The notes under the pieces: generated by a model
Seen by the model: only the letters and a program-made list of their open reading frames with translations
Told to the model about the DNA's origin: nothing
The model's database searches: none
Shown: in pieces, positions 1 to 12,200 of the stretch
How the letters are laid out: the number at the start of each line of letters is the position of its first letter
Numbering within the stretch: position 1 is the first letter of the stretch
Assembly (NCBI GenBank): GCA_030167865.1
Contig: JALAGF010005857.1
Location: 1-64,000 of the forward strand
From: Craspedostauros australis
Lineage: Eukaryota
Length of the DNA stretch: 64,000 bases
Reading direction: 5' to 3'
Position numbers and translations under genes: made by a program

Positions 1-790
1 CCCCTCAACGTCCCCCTTCGCTTTTTTGTCTCCCTCAATGTCCCCCTCAATGTCCCCCTTCGCTTTTTTGTCCCCCTCAATGTCCTCCTTGGATCTTTCC
101 CTTGCGGCAGCTTGCAGTTGTCATGTGTAACTTGCACATCCGCACGTTAACAATGCGCCGGATTAATGAGATTCCCTACACCTCTCCTNGCCACACTTAC
201 ACGATTTTGATGCTGATGTTCATGCCAACTGTTTCTCTCTCTTCCTCTTGAGCCAACAAGAAAGCAATTGAAGATGAACAACAGCAGCGATCATCACTCC
301 TGATGACAAACCAAATACTGTCAGGGGACATTCAATGGACACGGAGGAGGACAAAAAAGCGAAGGGGGACATTGAGGGGGACATTGAGGGAGACAAAAAA
401 GCGAAGGGGGACGTTGAGGGGGACATTGAGGGGGACAAAAAAGCGAAGGGGGACATCGAGGGGGACANNNNNNNNNNNNNNNNNNNNNNNNNNNNNNNNN
501 NNNNNNNNNNNNNNNNNGAGCCAACAAGAAAGCAATTGAAGATGAACAACAGCAGCGATCATCACTCCTGATGACAAACCAAATACTGTCAGGGGACATT
601 CGATGGACACGGAGGAGGACAAAAAAGCGAAGGGGGACACTGAGGGGGACATTGAGGGAGACAAAAAAGCGAAGGGGGACATCGAGGGGGACATTGAGGG
701 GGACAAAAAAGCGAAGGGGGACATCGAGGGGGACATTGAGGGGGACAAACAAGCGAAGGGGGACATTCAGGTGGACGTCGAGGGGGACAT
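1..790. repeat. G-rich minisatellite (~42-bp unit GACAAAAAAGCGAAGGGG-GACATTGAGGGG-GACATTGAGGGG) in a near-identical 268-bp-offset duplication, plus an inverted copy at the window start
   Basis: 250-467 is repeated at 518-735 with a few substitutions, across an N gap (468-517). 1-73 is the exact reverse complement of 349-421. A single N lies at 189. Confidence 0.9.
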
Positions 791-1433
791 TCAGTCACGT
801 GTATTCGGATGCAACACGCTCAGCCATGCCGGCGCGAAGAAGAGTGGGCTGGCGCGTGACGTTATATGTGGGTAGCATGGTACTTTCATAGACCCAAATG
901 TGAATATCGATGATACCACAAATACGCGTAACTCTGCCAGTTCGGTGAGACACGGATAGTGAGCACATGGCCATGCCGGCGCGTTCCTCGACTGGCTGGC
1001 GCGCATCATAGGCCTAAAATATTATAGGTCTATCTAAGTACCTTCTCGTTTGGGCCTACTGGGGACAATTTACCGTGCGCCCCAGGTGGCAGCCATGCTG
1101 GGTCTCTCCTCGTTGCAGAAATGGGTTTCTGGTCCCAAAGACGGCTTTCCGCTGGTGGGATTTCGGTTGGATTGAGTCACGTTAATCCCAGTCCACAGTC
1201 GTGTTCTTGTGGGTATCCTGGATTGGATTGATTCATGAGTTGGCGGCTTCCGCGTGGAATGCGATCACCAGCCAAACCCAACACAACAAACGAACGCACA
1301 TCACTCGCGACATCAACCAACTTCATCCTTCTTCCTTCATAGGCACTTCATCTCTCAGACAAAATCACAATTTCAATCACAATCATAATCACAAACCAAT
1401 ACATACACATCCATAGTCAAGACAAACGACATC

Positions 1434-1961
1434 ATGAAGTCCACGATCGCCTTCCTCCTTTCCTTCCTGCTGTGCAACGCCGCCACCGCGTTCGTTGTCA
1501 TGCCGCAACCTTCGCCAGCCACCATGATGAACGCTCGCAGCACGATCCGCCTGCAGGCCGGTCAACGCGACAGCGACGGCGGCGGCGCCGCACTGGCCAA
1601 GCCCGACGTTAAGATCGCGCAGAAAACAGAGACCGTCGCCAAAGAAAAGATCAAGCAGAAACAGAAGGCCAAGACGCACGATCCCATCTCGCGACGCAAG
1701 GATGAATTCGAGGACGCTCCCATGTTCAAGCTCATGCTGCTGGGCGATGATGGATACGATGCCATGCACGTCGTCGATCGTCTGTGCGCCATCGTCGATG
1801 ACATCGATGAAGGTCAGGCGGCCGAGGTCCTGCAGCAGGCCAACATGGCGGGCAAGGCCATGTGCGGCAAGTACCCGTTCGAACGTGCCGAGCTCTTCAA
1901 GGAGCAGCTGCTGCGATCGGATCCCATGATCTTCAGCGATCTTGAGGAGGAGAACAAGTAA
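1434..1961 (+). CDS. ClpS-like (Clp protease adaptor) protein, predicted plastid-targeted, 175 aa
   Basis: Signal peptide MKSTIAFLLSFLLCNAATA|FVV fits the ASAF-type bipartite presequence. The C-terminal domain APMFKLMLLGDD...HVVDRL...AAEVLQQANMAGKAMCG...AE has ClpS spacing. Confidence 0.75.
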   Translation: MKSTIAFLLSFLLCNAATAFVVMPQPSPATMMNARSTIRLQAGQRDSDGGGAALAKPDVKIAQKTETVAKEKIKQKQKAKTHDPISRRKDEFEDAPMFKLMLLGDDGYDAMHVVDRLCAIVDDIDEGQAAEVLQQANMAGKAMCGKYPFERAELFKEQLLRSDPMIFSDLEEENK

Positions 1962-2586
1962 TTCGACGAAGTCAATGTGGACCTACGCCATGAGGCATCA
2001 TGATCGTCGAATTTTGTGAGAGCTGTGGTGCTGGTTGGTATTGGATTGTTTGACGAGTACCACTCGCACCATGTTCGGGTGTTTCATTGGATGGAATCCG
2101 GTACGGAAGACGCCGTTGGCCATCGCCTCGCCTCCTTGGATACGCGCAGAAGAACATCGCCATTGAAGACAGCTCGCGGTGCTTGGGGAGATGCTCAGTC
2201 ACAATCGCATGCACTCTACTATGCTCCATTCACCGATCATGCACTTGGACCAAGGCAGCGCTCGTCCCTGCGTTTATTGAGACAGAATGTCACTGATGCA
2301 ATGGAAGACATTGCATCAGATGTCGCAACCCAAAGGAAAGACCACACCATAGTCGTCCATCGACAGCATTCGAAATGTATGGCAAAATAAACTAGGAATA
2401 GGTCGTGCTTCGTGCAACGTACTATTGTACGAACATTCCAATAGCTGCGATCAAACAACAGTCTTTCATGTCAGAGTACGTCGAGAGTACCATCATGTTT
2501 CGCCGTCATCTCAATACGAATACACATACCCCCGGTATAGTCGAGAGAATGGAGTAGCAAAATTGGGGCAGACTCTCTCTAGAGAG

Positions 2587-5500
2587 TTACTCCGAACAAT
2601 CGCGAGCAGGATTCCGTTGTCGGAACGTGTTACCGCCTCCGCCACCACCGCCGCCGCCATCGGAAGAAAAATTTGATCCCATCATTTCATCATCGTGATC
2701 GGAGGTCTTCTCCGCCTCCTTCAAAAGGCTCGTCATTTCCACGGAGTTCCGTTTTGGCGTTCGATTGCCATTCGATTTAGGCGCCAGCCCCAGGATCTCC
2801 ATCATGTAGTACGTGCCGCCACCAAGGATGAACACCGTGAACAGAATGGAGGCGGAAGTCATGGCCTTCAATTCAGATTTGACGCGGGATCCTCGCCCCG
2901 TTGCGGCATTGTACAACGGGATATCTTCCACGAGAGCGAAGGACATGGCACCGCGCAGGCCGGCGAACCAAAGTACTATCTGCATCTTCTTGTCAATCAC
3001 GACGCCAGCAGGTCGTCCACCTCCGCCTCCTGTTCCTGAAGCCGCGGCCTGATTGGCATGTTGCGGCAGATTGCCTCTTTGGCAGTGTTCATTTCCCTGC
3101 TGCATCCGGATCACGCAGTTGGCGATCGTGCTGAGGATGGGGATCATCAGGCCTCTGCTCACGCTGCAACCAGCGATCGCAAGCATGGTGTGATGGAAGT
3201 TCCAATGATACCGCGAGCTGAACAGGAAGAGACCGAGGTAAGCGAAGATCGCGGTCTCCATCGTCGTCGCCACGATCTCCGTGACGAAGCCAACGTGCGT
3301 TTTGGCCATGAGTGATAAGTGACCGAGCTTGCCCGTGATCGGGCGACGGCTGCGCGCTAGGCTCGTACTGGTGCTGCCATCATCGTCATCGTCACGATCG
3401 AAGCTCGCGGCTTTGCCACTCTTATTCGCATGGCGACCGACGATGTTCATGTCCATCACGAAACCTGTTGCCACGACGGCGACGATGCCGGACCATTCGA
3501 TGCCGTCACAGATGTAGTACGGGATCAGCGCCCAGCAAAAGAACATGATGACTTCCACGAGAGGCGTTTGGCAACCGTGCATCATCCAGAAGTAGAACGT
3601 GGCACAATACCCTGACACCACGCCAATCACCAACGACCCACACGCCACAACGAAGAAATGCACTGTGGCTGCGATGATCGCGTTCGCATCCACCTTCAGA
3701 TGATCATCGAGGAAATGGACCAGCGTTTGGAACAGCACGATGGCGACCCCATCATTTAGCAACGACTCACCAAAGATCAAGACGTAGATGGTGTCCGTGT
3801 CTGTCATGCCCATGTTGCTCAGCACGCTGAGGACAGCGATAGGATCGATACTGGAAATGAGCGCGCCGAATGCCAAGGCATCGATGTAGGGTATCGTTTC
3901 GCAGTAGCCATGGTACCATTGGCTGCCCTTGTGCACGATGATGGCTGTGACAGCCGTGGCGAAGATGGTTCCGATGACGGCGAAGAAGATGATGGGGACG
4001 ATGTGACGATTGAAGGACCGCTTGTCGATGCTGACCGCCGCTTCGAACACGATTGGTGGGACCATGATGCGGAGGAACCATGCTCCGTCAAAGCTGATAT
4101 CATGGTGCGGATAGTACATCAGGATCCAACCCGAGATTACTGCAATGCAAAGATGGGATGTCGGATTGAATGAAAAGTGTCATGTGCATGTTGTGGGGTA
4201 CCGTGCATGTTGTGGGGTACCACGCGTACAGTGATCAAACGACAACGGATTGTGAGATTGGAATATGTGCGGTATCGCGTGCGTGTGAAGCATCCAGAGT
4301 AGATTCAGGTTCGTGGTGTCCTCTTCGATGGCAACAAGTAACGATATCGCTCATACATGACAAACCAAACACAGAAGCATAGTGCCGCGGTTGTGCAACA
4401 GTACAGCGCGCAGGCCACACATGCCACACTCACCACCAACGAGGATGCATCCCGCAGCCTCCGGTAACCACATCAACTTGAAATGCCGAATCAAGGATTT
4501 GACCAACCCACAGAGGGCAATGACAGCAACGACGATGAACAGTCGGCGATCGGACAGCTCTTCCTCATCATCCGAACTGCAATTCTCATTGTACACGCTG
4601 AGGATGGAAGTGCAGCAGGCTCGGGCCTCGACGGAGGTTGGGTCGTTGAGGACGGCATTCACCACCTCCAGGGTGTCCGCCACCGCCTTGGCCGATTGGG
4701 TTGTTTTGCTGTGGTGCTTCGGATTGCCAATGCCGGCATCTGCACCAGTTTGGTTGGCGGAGGCACGCACTGCGTGTGCCAACAACGTGTCCTTGTTTTG
4801 AAGCAGCAGCGATTCCTCCAGCACCTTGTCAGAAACATGCGAATTGGACATGGGCAAGGCCAGGCTGGTTCTGGGCCGCGGATGTGGAGTTGCAGTCTTG
4901 TTCTCTTTGACGTGTACCGGTGGTGTGGTTTGCACGGTCTCGGATTCCTGCAATTTGCGCTTTTGCTGTCTGACGCTCATCTCCCGAACTCCATGTTGGA
5001 TCCTCTTTCGATCAATGTCCTTTCGGAAGGAATAGGCTGCTGCATCGTTGAGATCATTTTGGACTTCGAAGAATGCATCTGAAAATTCCTCTTCGATTTC
5101 ATCCTCCACATCTAATACCACAGGCTTCTCACGAAACCAGTGCTGTATCCGTTTGTTGAAATGGTACATGCTGTTTTGGATGGTCCGAATGGGATTGGAA
5201 CGATGCTGTCTAGATCGGTGGCGTGACGAGGAGCCTGATTGTTCCCATTCTGATATTGGCCACGGCGATGGCCATGACGATTGGATTCGTGATTCCGGTT
5301 CTATTGCCGATAACCGCCTCCTTCCTGCAGCAGCATTCGGGACTGCATCATCATCACCATCAGCAGCACCATCAGCAGCAGCAATAGCTTCGTCTTCCGC
5401 ACTTTCCTCTTCCCCCATCTCAGTGCACGTGGCCTCGAAGGCCTTGATGAGACCATCGCATTCATCTTTGGAGTCGGTGGCATTGATTACGTAATCAATG

Positions 5501-6381
5501 ACCGTGGCCTCACAGACCAGAGCATCCGCCGCTCTCAGTATGGTTCCCGCCGGCAGCGGGGCATGATGGATGAACTCGTCGGGCTCGCTCCCACGCAGTG
5601 TGGATTTGACAGCATCATGACCATTGGGCGGCTTGTCCATATGCACCGTCTCATTGTTTTCTGCCTTGTGTCGTTTGATCTTGGTGTTCTTGGGATTCTT
5701 TTTCTTCTTGTTCTTCGAAGGCGCGAACTCTTCGTTGCGTATTCTGGTTTGGCTGGAGTGCCGCTCCCAAAATGAAAATGAATGATGCCGCTCCTCCTTT
5801 TCCGGCTGATCCCAATCCAGCGGTTCCGGTGACATTGTGGGGGACGACTTTGCGGAATGTCCATCCTGCTGAGCTGTCTGCTGGTGCTTCCATATCTCCG
5901 CATCGAACTTGGCAGATTCGGCGGGATCATACTCGAACATCATGAAGAGCATGGTGAGGGTCGTGAGGAAGGCCACGATGATGAGAAAGCGCCGGCCGCG
6001 TTGTTTCCGTTTGCGAATCATGATGGCGCCCGTGTTGACACCCTCTGCGTTGGAAGCCTCGACGACGACAGCGGTCGGGGTTGGAATGGAGACAGTGGCA
6101 GTCGTGACTCCAGCGGATGGAGGCGTGGTTCTCGAAAGGCCGGAGTCTTCGGAGGCTGACGCTGACAGAAGGGTTGCTGGCAATGCTGATGGCAACGGCT
6201 GGGCTGTATCTGCGTCTATTTGCGTGCTCGTGAGATGTGCTGGGTCGACGTGAGGGTGAGCGTGAGTGCGATGATGGGGATGGCGATGGTGGAAGTCCTG
6301 ACCCTGGTGCTGGCGTTGGCGTTGACCCTGAGGATTCTGATCTGATGCCTTTCCCACCTTCGGTTCGTTCGCGTCTTTCAT
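2587..6381 (-). CDS. Na+/H+ exchanger (CPA1, NHE/NHX family) with a ~610-aa N-terminal extension; exons 6381-4434 and 4139-2587
   Basis: Motifs LPEAAGCILVG, PPIVFEAA, FGALISSIDPIAVL, LIFGESLLNDGVAIVLF and WFAGLRGAMSFAL. A GT..AG intron at 4433-4140 joins the two ORFs in frame (G|V-ISGWILMYY). Confidence 0.92.
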
Positions 6382-7262
6382 TGAATTGTGTTCCTCTCTC
6401 TGTCTCTGTCTCTATCTCTCTTCGGTGTTGTCTCTCGCTCTTGCTTTCTGCTTCGTTCGCTAATGTCGTGTCATCGAATGTGAGTTGCACGAGTGGAGTG
6501 CTCTGGTTGATGAACTGATTGACTTCGATAGCTCCCAAACGCAGATCGTGGATTGCTTGCCTCCTTGGCCTGCCTTGTTGCCTTCCTGGTTACAAGTATA
6601 ATAGAATAGAATACTCTGCCACTACTTGCACGAGTCCGTCTCGGATAGTATGCACGAGTAGAAGTAAAGCAGTCGTTTTGCACGTCCTCTTGCCTTCGTT
6701 TGGAGAACTAGGTCTCTCTCTCTGCTTGGAATGGATTGACAGAGGATGGTATTATACGAGTGAAGTATGGAGCACCATCTACACCTCTCTACTAATCACA
6801 ATACAAACAGTATTCCTCTCTCCGGCTCGCATCTCCTGGATCGATCACCAATGCTGTGGGGCCTTCTCTCTTCGGTGGTGGTCTTTCTTGATCGGCTTGA
6901 TTTGTGCCGAAAGGGGTCGGTGGGATGACTGACCGCCATGGTGAAACACCCGTCCGCCGCATCCGCCAAGTGTGTGCATTTTGTCAATTTTGTGTCTTTG
7001 CTTGTTCCTCTTGAGTCGTGTTTCGCTCTTGGTTCGTGCCTTCGAGTCCTATCACTAGCTCTTTTAAAGTTGACGTTCTTGCTAATTTTATAGTACACTC
7101 GTTGAACAATGAAGTATTGTAAAGCGCTAACCGTTGATTGATGCCAACCCGCTCATTTCACCACATCAAGCAACACCGCGACCCGACCTCACACAAATCA
7201 CAACAGACTCGTATCACAAGTGCAAGTGGATGAGAAGAAGGAGACCGACCAATCTCCCAACC

Positions 7263-9005
7263 ATGATATCAGCACAACAACAAAGACGCAGGAGAACTCT
7301 CCTGATTGTCCTTTTGTCGGTATTATGGCTGCAGAATCAGACTGTCCATTCCTTCATCCCATCTGGCAGATCCAGTCATGATGCGTTCATGATTGGGAAA
7401 GATACCGTGCGGCAACACGCAACATCAGCGCATTCCAGATCACCGAGCTTGGCAAACCAACCACGGACGTCCATGTCATCTTCCTCGCTGGCTTCTTCAT
7501 CGATCGAAGAAATTGAAACGGCGGCGTCGTTTCTCACGGATCCCATCGACACAAGGCCGCATGAACAGCGTGCGGATGGTCCGCGATTGGCACGCCGCTT
7601 GAACCATGCCTTCCGGTACCTGCACCGCCACAACACGACGTCGCTGATCCAAGCCAATCTCACCAGCCGTCAGTACTTGGAGCAGTACTACACCACCGAC
7701 CAGATCAACGACATGAATCGCTCGTTTCCGCCTTTGCTGGAGCTCGACCCGGTGCGTCATTTGCATCCCAAGATGATGTTCCTGCAGCAGACCATGAAGG
7801 TGGACGACGTCTCCTCCATCCCGCCGCAGTACTTTGGGGCGAGGTTGGAAAAGACCATCGCTCCGAGGCATGCTTTCCTGGTCTACAAGGGACTGCCGCA
7901 TGGCAAAGCGTTGTTCGAGTCAACCCCAACAGCAGCAACAGCAACAGCGGCAACAACGACAGCAGCAGTGACGAAACGAGCCAATCGCAGGCAGCAAATG
8001 AGAGGCCAATCCAATCGATGGATCGAGTTCCTCACATCCTGCCGCAAAACCAAGCGCTTCTGCACGCTGTGCAACCAATGGAGACACCCGGATGATCCCG
8101 TCATCACAGCCAAAGAAATCGAGGCGTTCGATCGACTCTTCGGACGTGGCTTGCTGGCAGCCGCCCGCGACGAGCTCGTGCAACAGAACAACACATGGCC
8201 GCTGCAGTACATCAACATCACATCGTCCGAACTCATCACCTTGATGATCCAGCACGGCGCCAATCCACTCGAATTGGACAACCGCGGCGTCTCCACCTTG
8301 CACTGGGCAGCCGGCGCGGGCAACGTCGAAGGTGCGCATGCGCTGCTACCACACTTTCCTGATGCCATCCGCACCAAAGCCAAGCGCGATGGCGCAACGC
8401 CGCTGCATTGGGCCGCCGCCGGCGCTAACTCACGAGAATTCGGCATTGGCGGGCATCCGGAAGTCTGCAGCTACTTCTTGCACAACGTGACGTCCATCAG
8501 CACCAAGGAGCTGGTCAACCAACTGACGTACGACGGCAACTCGGCGCTGATGTGGGCGGCCTGGTCCGGGACGTTGGGCACGGTCAAGATGATGGTGCGC
8601 CATCGTGCCGATGCCACCATCGCCAATCGCAACGGATGCACGGTCGCGCACTGGGCCAGCTCGGGCGGGAACTTGGCAGTCTGCGAATACTTGCACGACG
8701 TCATCGGGGTCGACTTTTTCGAACCTAACCATGGAGGCAACACACCGCTGACGCACGCCGTGGCATTCGGGAGGGCGGAGATCGTGGAGTGGTTGCGGAA
8801 TCTCCGGGATAGCGACGATGATGATATCGCGGAGCAACTTGCGCAGGATTTCGTTGGTTGGACGGGCAATGATCGGCGGCGCATGCAAGTCCTGCAGCTC
8901 TTCAACGACGACTATTGGGTGGAAGGCGAAGATGATGGAGAAGATGAGGATGCTGCTGCTGATAGATCAGGATCTGTTGCGGGAGACGCAACGAATATCT
9001 ATTGA
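7263..9005 (+). CDS. Ankyrin-repeat protein with an mTERF-like segment, probably plastid-targeted
   Basis: Ankyrin motifs STLHWAA, TPLHWAA, SALMWAA, TVAHWAS and TPLTHAV. N-terminal hydrophobic stretch ends in VHS|FIPS. FPPLLELD...LHPKMMFL...PQYFGARLEKTIAPRHAFL resembles mTERF repeats. The start codon is a best guess. Confidence 0.8.
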   Translation: MISAQQQRRRRTLLIVLLSVLWLQNQTVHSFIPSGRSSHDAFMIGKDTVRQHATSAHSRSPSLANQPRTSMSSSSLASSSIEEIETAASFLTDPIDTRPHEQRADGPRLARRLNHAFRYLHRHNTTSLIQANLTSRQYLEQYYTTDQINDMNRSFPPLLELDPVRHLHPKMMFLQQTMKVDDVSSIPPQYFGARLEKTIAPRHAFLVYKGLPHGKALFESTPTAATATAATTTAAVTKRANRRQQMRGQSNRWIEFLTSCRKTKRFCTLCNQWRHPDDPVITAKEIEAFDRLFGRGLLAAARDELVQQNNTWPLQYINITSSELITLMIQHGANPLELDNRGVSTLHWAAGAGNVEGAHALLPHFPDAIRTKAKRDGATPLHWAAAGANSREFGIGGHPEVCSYFLHNVTSISTKELVNQLTYDGNSALMWAAWSGTLGTVKMMVRHRADATIANRNGCTVAHWASSGGNLAVCEYLHDVIGVDFFEPNHGGNTPLTHAVAFGRAEIVEWLRNLRDSDDDDIAEQLAQDFVGWTGNDRRRMQVLQLFNDDYWVEGEDDGEDEDAAADRSGSVAGDATNIY

Positions 9006-9234
9006 AGAGTGCGGGCGATTGCCAACATCTTGATTCGACCGAAGCCACCTCGACCATCAATGTAATGGTAGTTGCAGTCACAGTCGCAAATGAAGCAGAG
9101 CCTGTAGTCGATGGTCATGTTGTTGCTATGAATTATGTGCTGTGAATTATGAACTGCCTGGGCATGTCCATTCGTGTGGGATGCTTCATCCTGCTTATTT
9201 CACACATTTGCAGGCGAGATTGGCGTGATTTGGT

Positions 9235-12200
9235 TTAAAAGTCGTCATCGGAATCGCTGAGTGTGTACGTCTTCCTGGTGGCCGTGGCTCTGGTCCTCCT
9301 GGATCGTGTAGATGCGGCCGTGCGCTTGGGCGCGACAGCTGGGACATCGTCGTCCTCGCTGTCGTTGTCGCTGCCGAGGTCCAGGTCGTTATCGCTTTCA
9401 CTGTCGCTGTCGACGACGATCTCCTTCTTGGCACGGCCGCGGGTCGCTCTGGTGGTCTTCTTTGGAGCAGCTGCTTTCTTTTTCCTGGTGGCAGGCGCGG
9501 CAGCAGCAGCCGTCTTCTTGGTGCGAGCGGAGGCACGTGCAACCTTCGCAGCTCGTGGGGAGATGTCCATCACTTCGATGTCGGAGTCGACTGTGTCCGT
9601 GCTAAGGTTTCTTGGAGATCGCCTCTTCTTGCCTCGGCTTTCGGTGGAGTCAATGGAAGACGACAGGCTGAGCGATGTGGTGTCGATGGAGGACAACGAC
9701 GCCAACGCGTCGATGGCCTTCGTTTTGCGTCCCGACGACACCTGCATCTTCTTCTTCAAGCGCTCCGCAAGAGACATCTCGATTTCATCGATGATCTCGA
9801 CGACGGGTTCGGCAACCTCAGTCTTTGCCACTGTGGCGCGCCTTGCAGCTGGCTTCTTGGCAGGGGCCTTCTTGGCTGCCGCTCGCTTCCTGGGTGTTGT
9901 CTTGCGCGTGGCCTTCTTGCCCTGCTTCTTCTGGCTCACCAGTTGGGCTCTCTTTTCCTCCTCGAGCGCCTCGCTTTTCTCCACATCCCTTTCATCGAGG
10001 ATGCTTTCGATCACGTCGAGGTCGTTCAACCAGATCTGGCTCGGAGTTGTCGCCTGGAGGATGTCGAGTTCCTGCGTCCTCTCGGCTAGGTCCCGAAGCA
10101 GCCTCTCGGCCTTCTCGAAGGTGAGAGACCAGATCTTCATACCGAGCAGGTACTCGTATCCGGCGGCGAGCTCGGCGTCGCTTGCGCTGTCGTTGTTGTC
10201 ATCCTCGTCCTCGTCGCTGTTGCTGCTGTTGTTGGAGGCAGAGGCCTTGGCCTTGCTGGCGAAGAGATCGTAGCCACGTCCCTTCAGCTCGTGGAGCAGC
10301 TCCTTGCGCTTGCGGTTGGACACGACGAGGTCGCCGGAGCAAACCTCCTTGACGAAGCGGGCCTTGTTGGACAGGATGCCCTGCTCGCGGCTCAGCTTAT
10401 CGACGAGGAGCGCCTTGCGCTTGCAGTAGTAGTCCATGCGCAGATCGTAGAACGTGTCCATGATGGCGGTGGCATTGGGGTACTTGGTGATGCGATCCTC
10501 CGTGTCGAACAAGTTCATGTTATTGGTGGACAGCGACCCGATGAGCTTGAACTTTGCGTAGAGACCGCCCTTGGGCATCTTCTCCCACTTGTCGATCATG
10601 GCCTTCTCAGCCGTGATGGTGAACAGGACGGTGTCGTCGGTGTGGTTCTCCTTGAAGTCCTTGATCTCGGGGACGTTGTTGGTGTCCTTCTTGCTCTTGC
10701 TGTCCGTGCCCGTGAGCAGACCTTCGAGGAAGTCCTTGTAGTCCTGCGTCCACTTGCGGATGGGGAGTTCGGTGATCTGCAAGGTGGTATCATCGAGTCT
10801 TTCGATGGTGCCCTTCATGGAGAACTTGCCCGAACCTTCTGGCGTGATCGCTCCCTTGAAGCCACCGTAGTACGGCATCATTTCGAACATCGGCTCGCCA
10901 CGGATTCTGTTTCGCAAGTTCTCGATGATGTGGCGGGGGTTGTAGTTGTTGACGGTGGTGGACCAGCCTGTACCGATACCGTCAGATCCGTTCACGAGGA
11001 CCATAGGGATGACGGGGACGTAGTACTCCGGCTCAATGGTGAGGCCGTCATCGTTGAGGTAGGAGAGCAGCTCGTCGTCATCGGGGTGGAAGATGGCGCG
11101 TGTGATCTTCTCGAGTCTCGTGAAGATGTAACGGGGAGAGGCCGCGTCCTTGCCACCCATACGTCGCGTTCCGAACTGCCCAGATGGGGTGAGCAGGTTG
11201 ACGTTGTTGGCGCCGAGGAAGGACTGGGCCATGTTGATGATGGCACCGTGCAAACTCGCCTCACCGTGATGGTAGCTGGAGTGCTCACCGATGTACCCGG
11301 CAAGCTGCGCCACCTTGACTTCGTCCTTCAGCTTGCGCTTGATGCAACCGAAGAGCACCTTGCGCTGGGATGGCTTGAAGCCATCGATGACGTGCGGGAT
11401 GGAACGCTGGTTGTCGGATTTGGAGAAGAGGATGAACTCGCGGTTGATGAAGTCGCTGTACTTCACGCCCGTCTTGGCGGCGGCGTAGTCCATGTAGGTG
11501 TCCTTCTCGAGATTGTTGAGCCACGTTTTGCGGTCCTCGACACGCGTCTTGCGGAACACCATGTCGATGAGGTCGGATCCCGACACGGATTGATCAGGCA
11601 GGACCGCATCCATGTTAATATCCGACGCGGATGCTGGTGCCGTGAGCGCTGCCGCAGAACCATCCTCGATGCTGAGGACCGGCTGCGGTGCTCTGTCCTG
11701 CGACAGGGTGTTGAAGTGCACCTCGTGCATATCAAGGTTCGAAAAGTACTCCTTCGCTTCGGCGCTTGTGGAGGTACCCAGTCCCTTGTAGTACCGGATC
11801 TTGAAGCCCTTGCCTTCGTTGCCGGTGGATTCCTTCCAGGTCTCGTACTCAGGCAGGGTGAAGAATGTCATCGATTGGCGTCCCTTCGACACCTTCACGA
11901 TGGGGGTGATGAACTGCTGCAAGAAGCCTGGAATGTCAAGCAGGGACGGCCACATGTGATGGAAGATGTTGATGACGAGTCCCTTGATGTGGGAACCATC
12001 GTGATCTTGATCGGACATGATCATGAGATGTCCGTAACGCAGGCTCTTGATGTTCGTGGCATCGTACTGCATGTTGGGCTTGAGGCCCATGATGGTGATG
12101 ATGTTCTGGATCTCGGAATTCTTCATGAGCTGCGCGTGGGTGGCGTCGCGCACGTTGAGCGGCTTACCGCGCAGTGGAAAGACACCGTAGTAGTCACGTC

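Noticed and set aside
330..790. Repeat array as a CRISPR locus or telomere
   Set aside because: No unique spacers, no cas genes, eukaryotic context, and the unit is not a TTAGGG-type repeat.
11575..11705. ~40-aa insertion in TOP2 as an intein or intron
   Set aside because: No intein terminal residues and no convincing splice signals; probably a variable loop.
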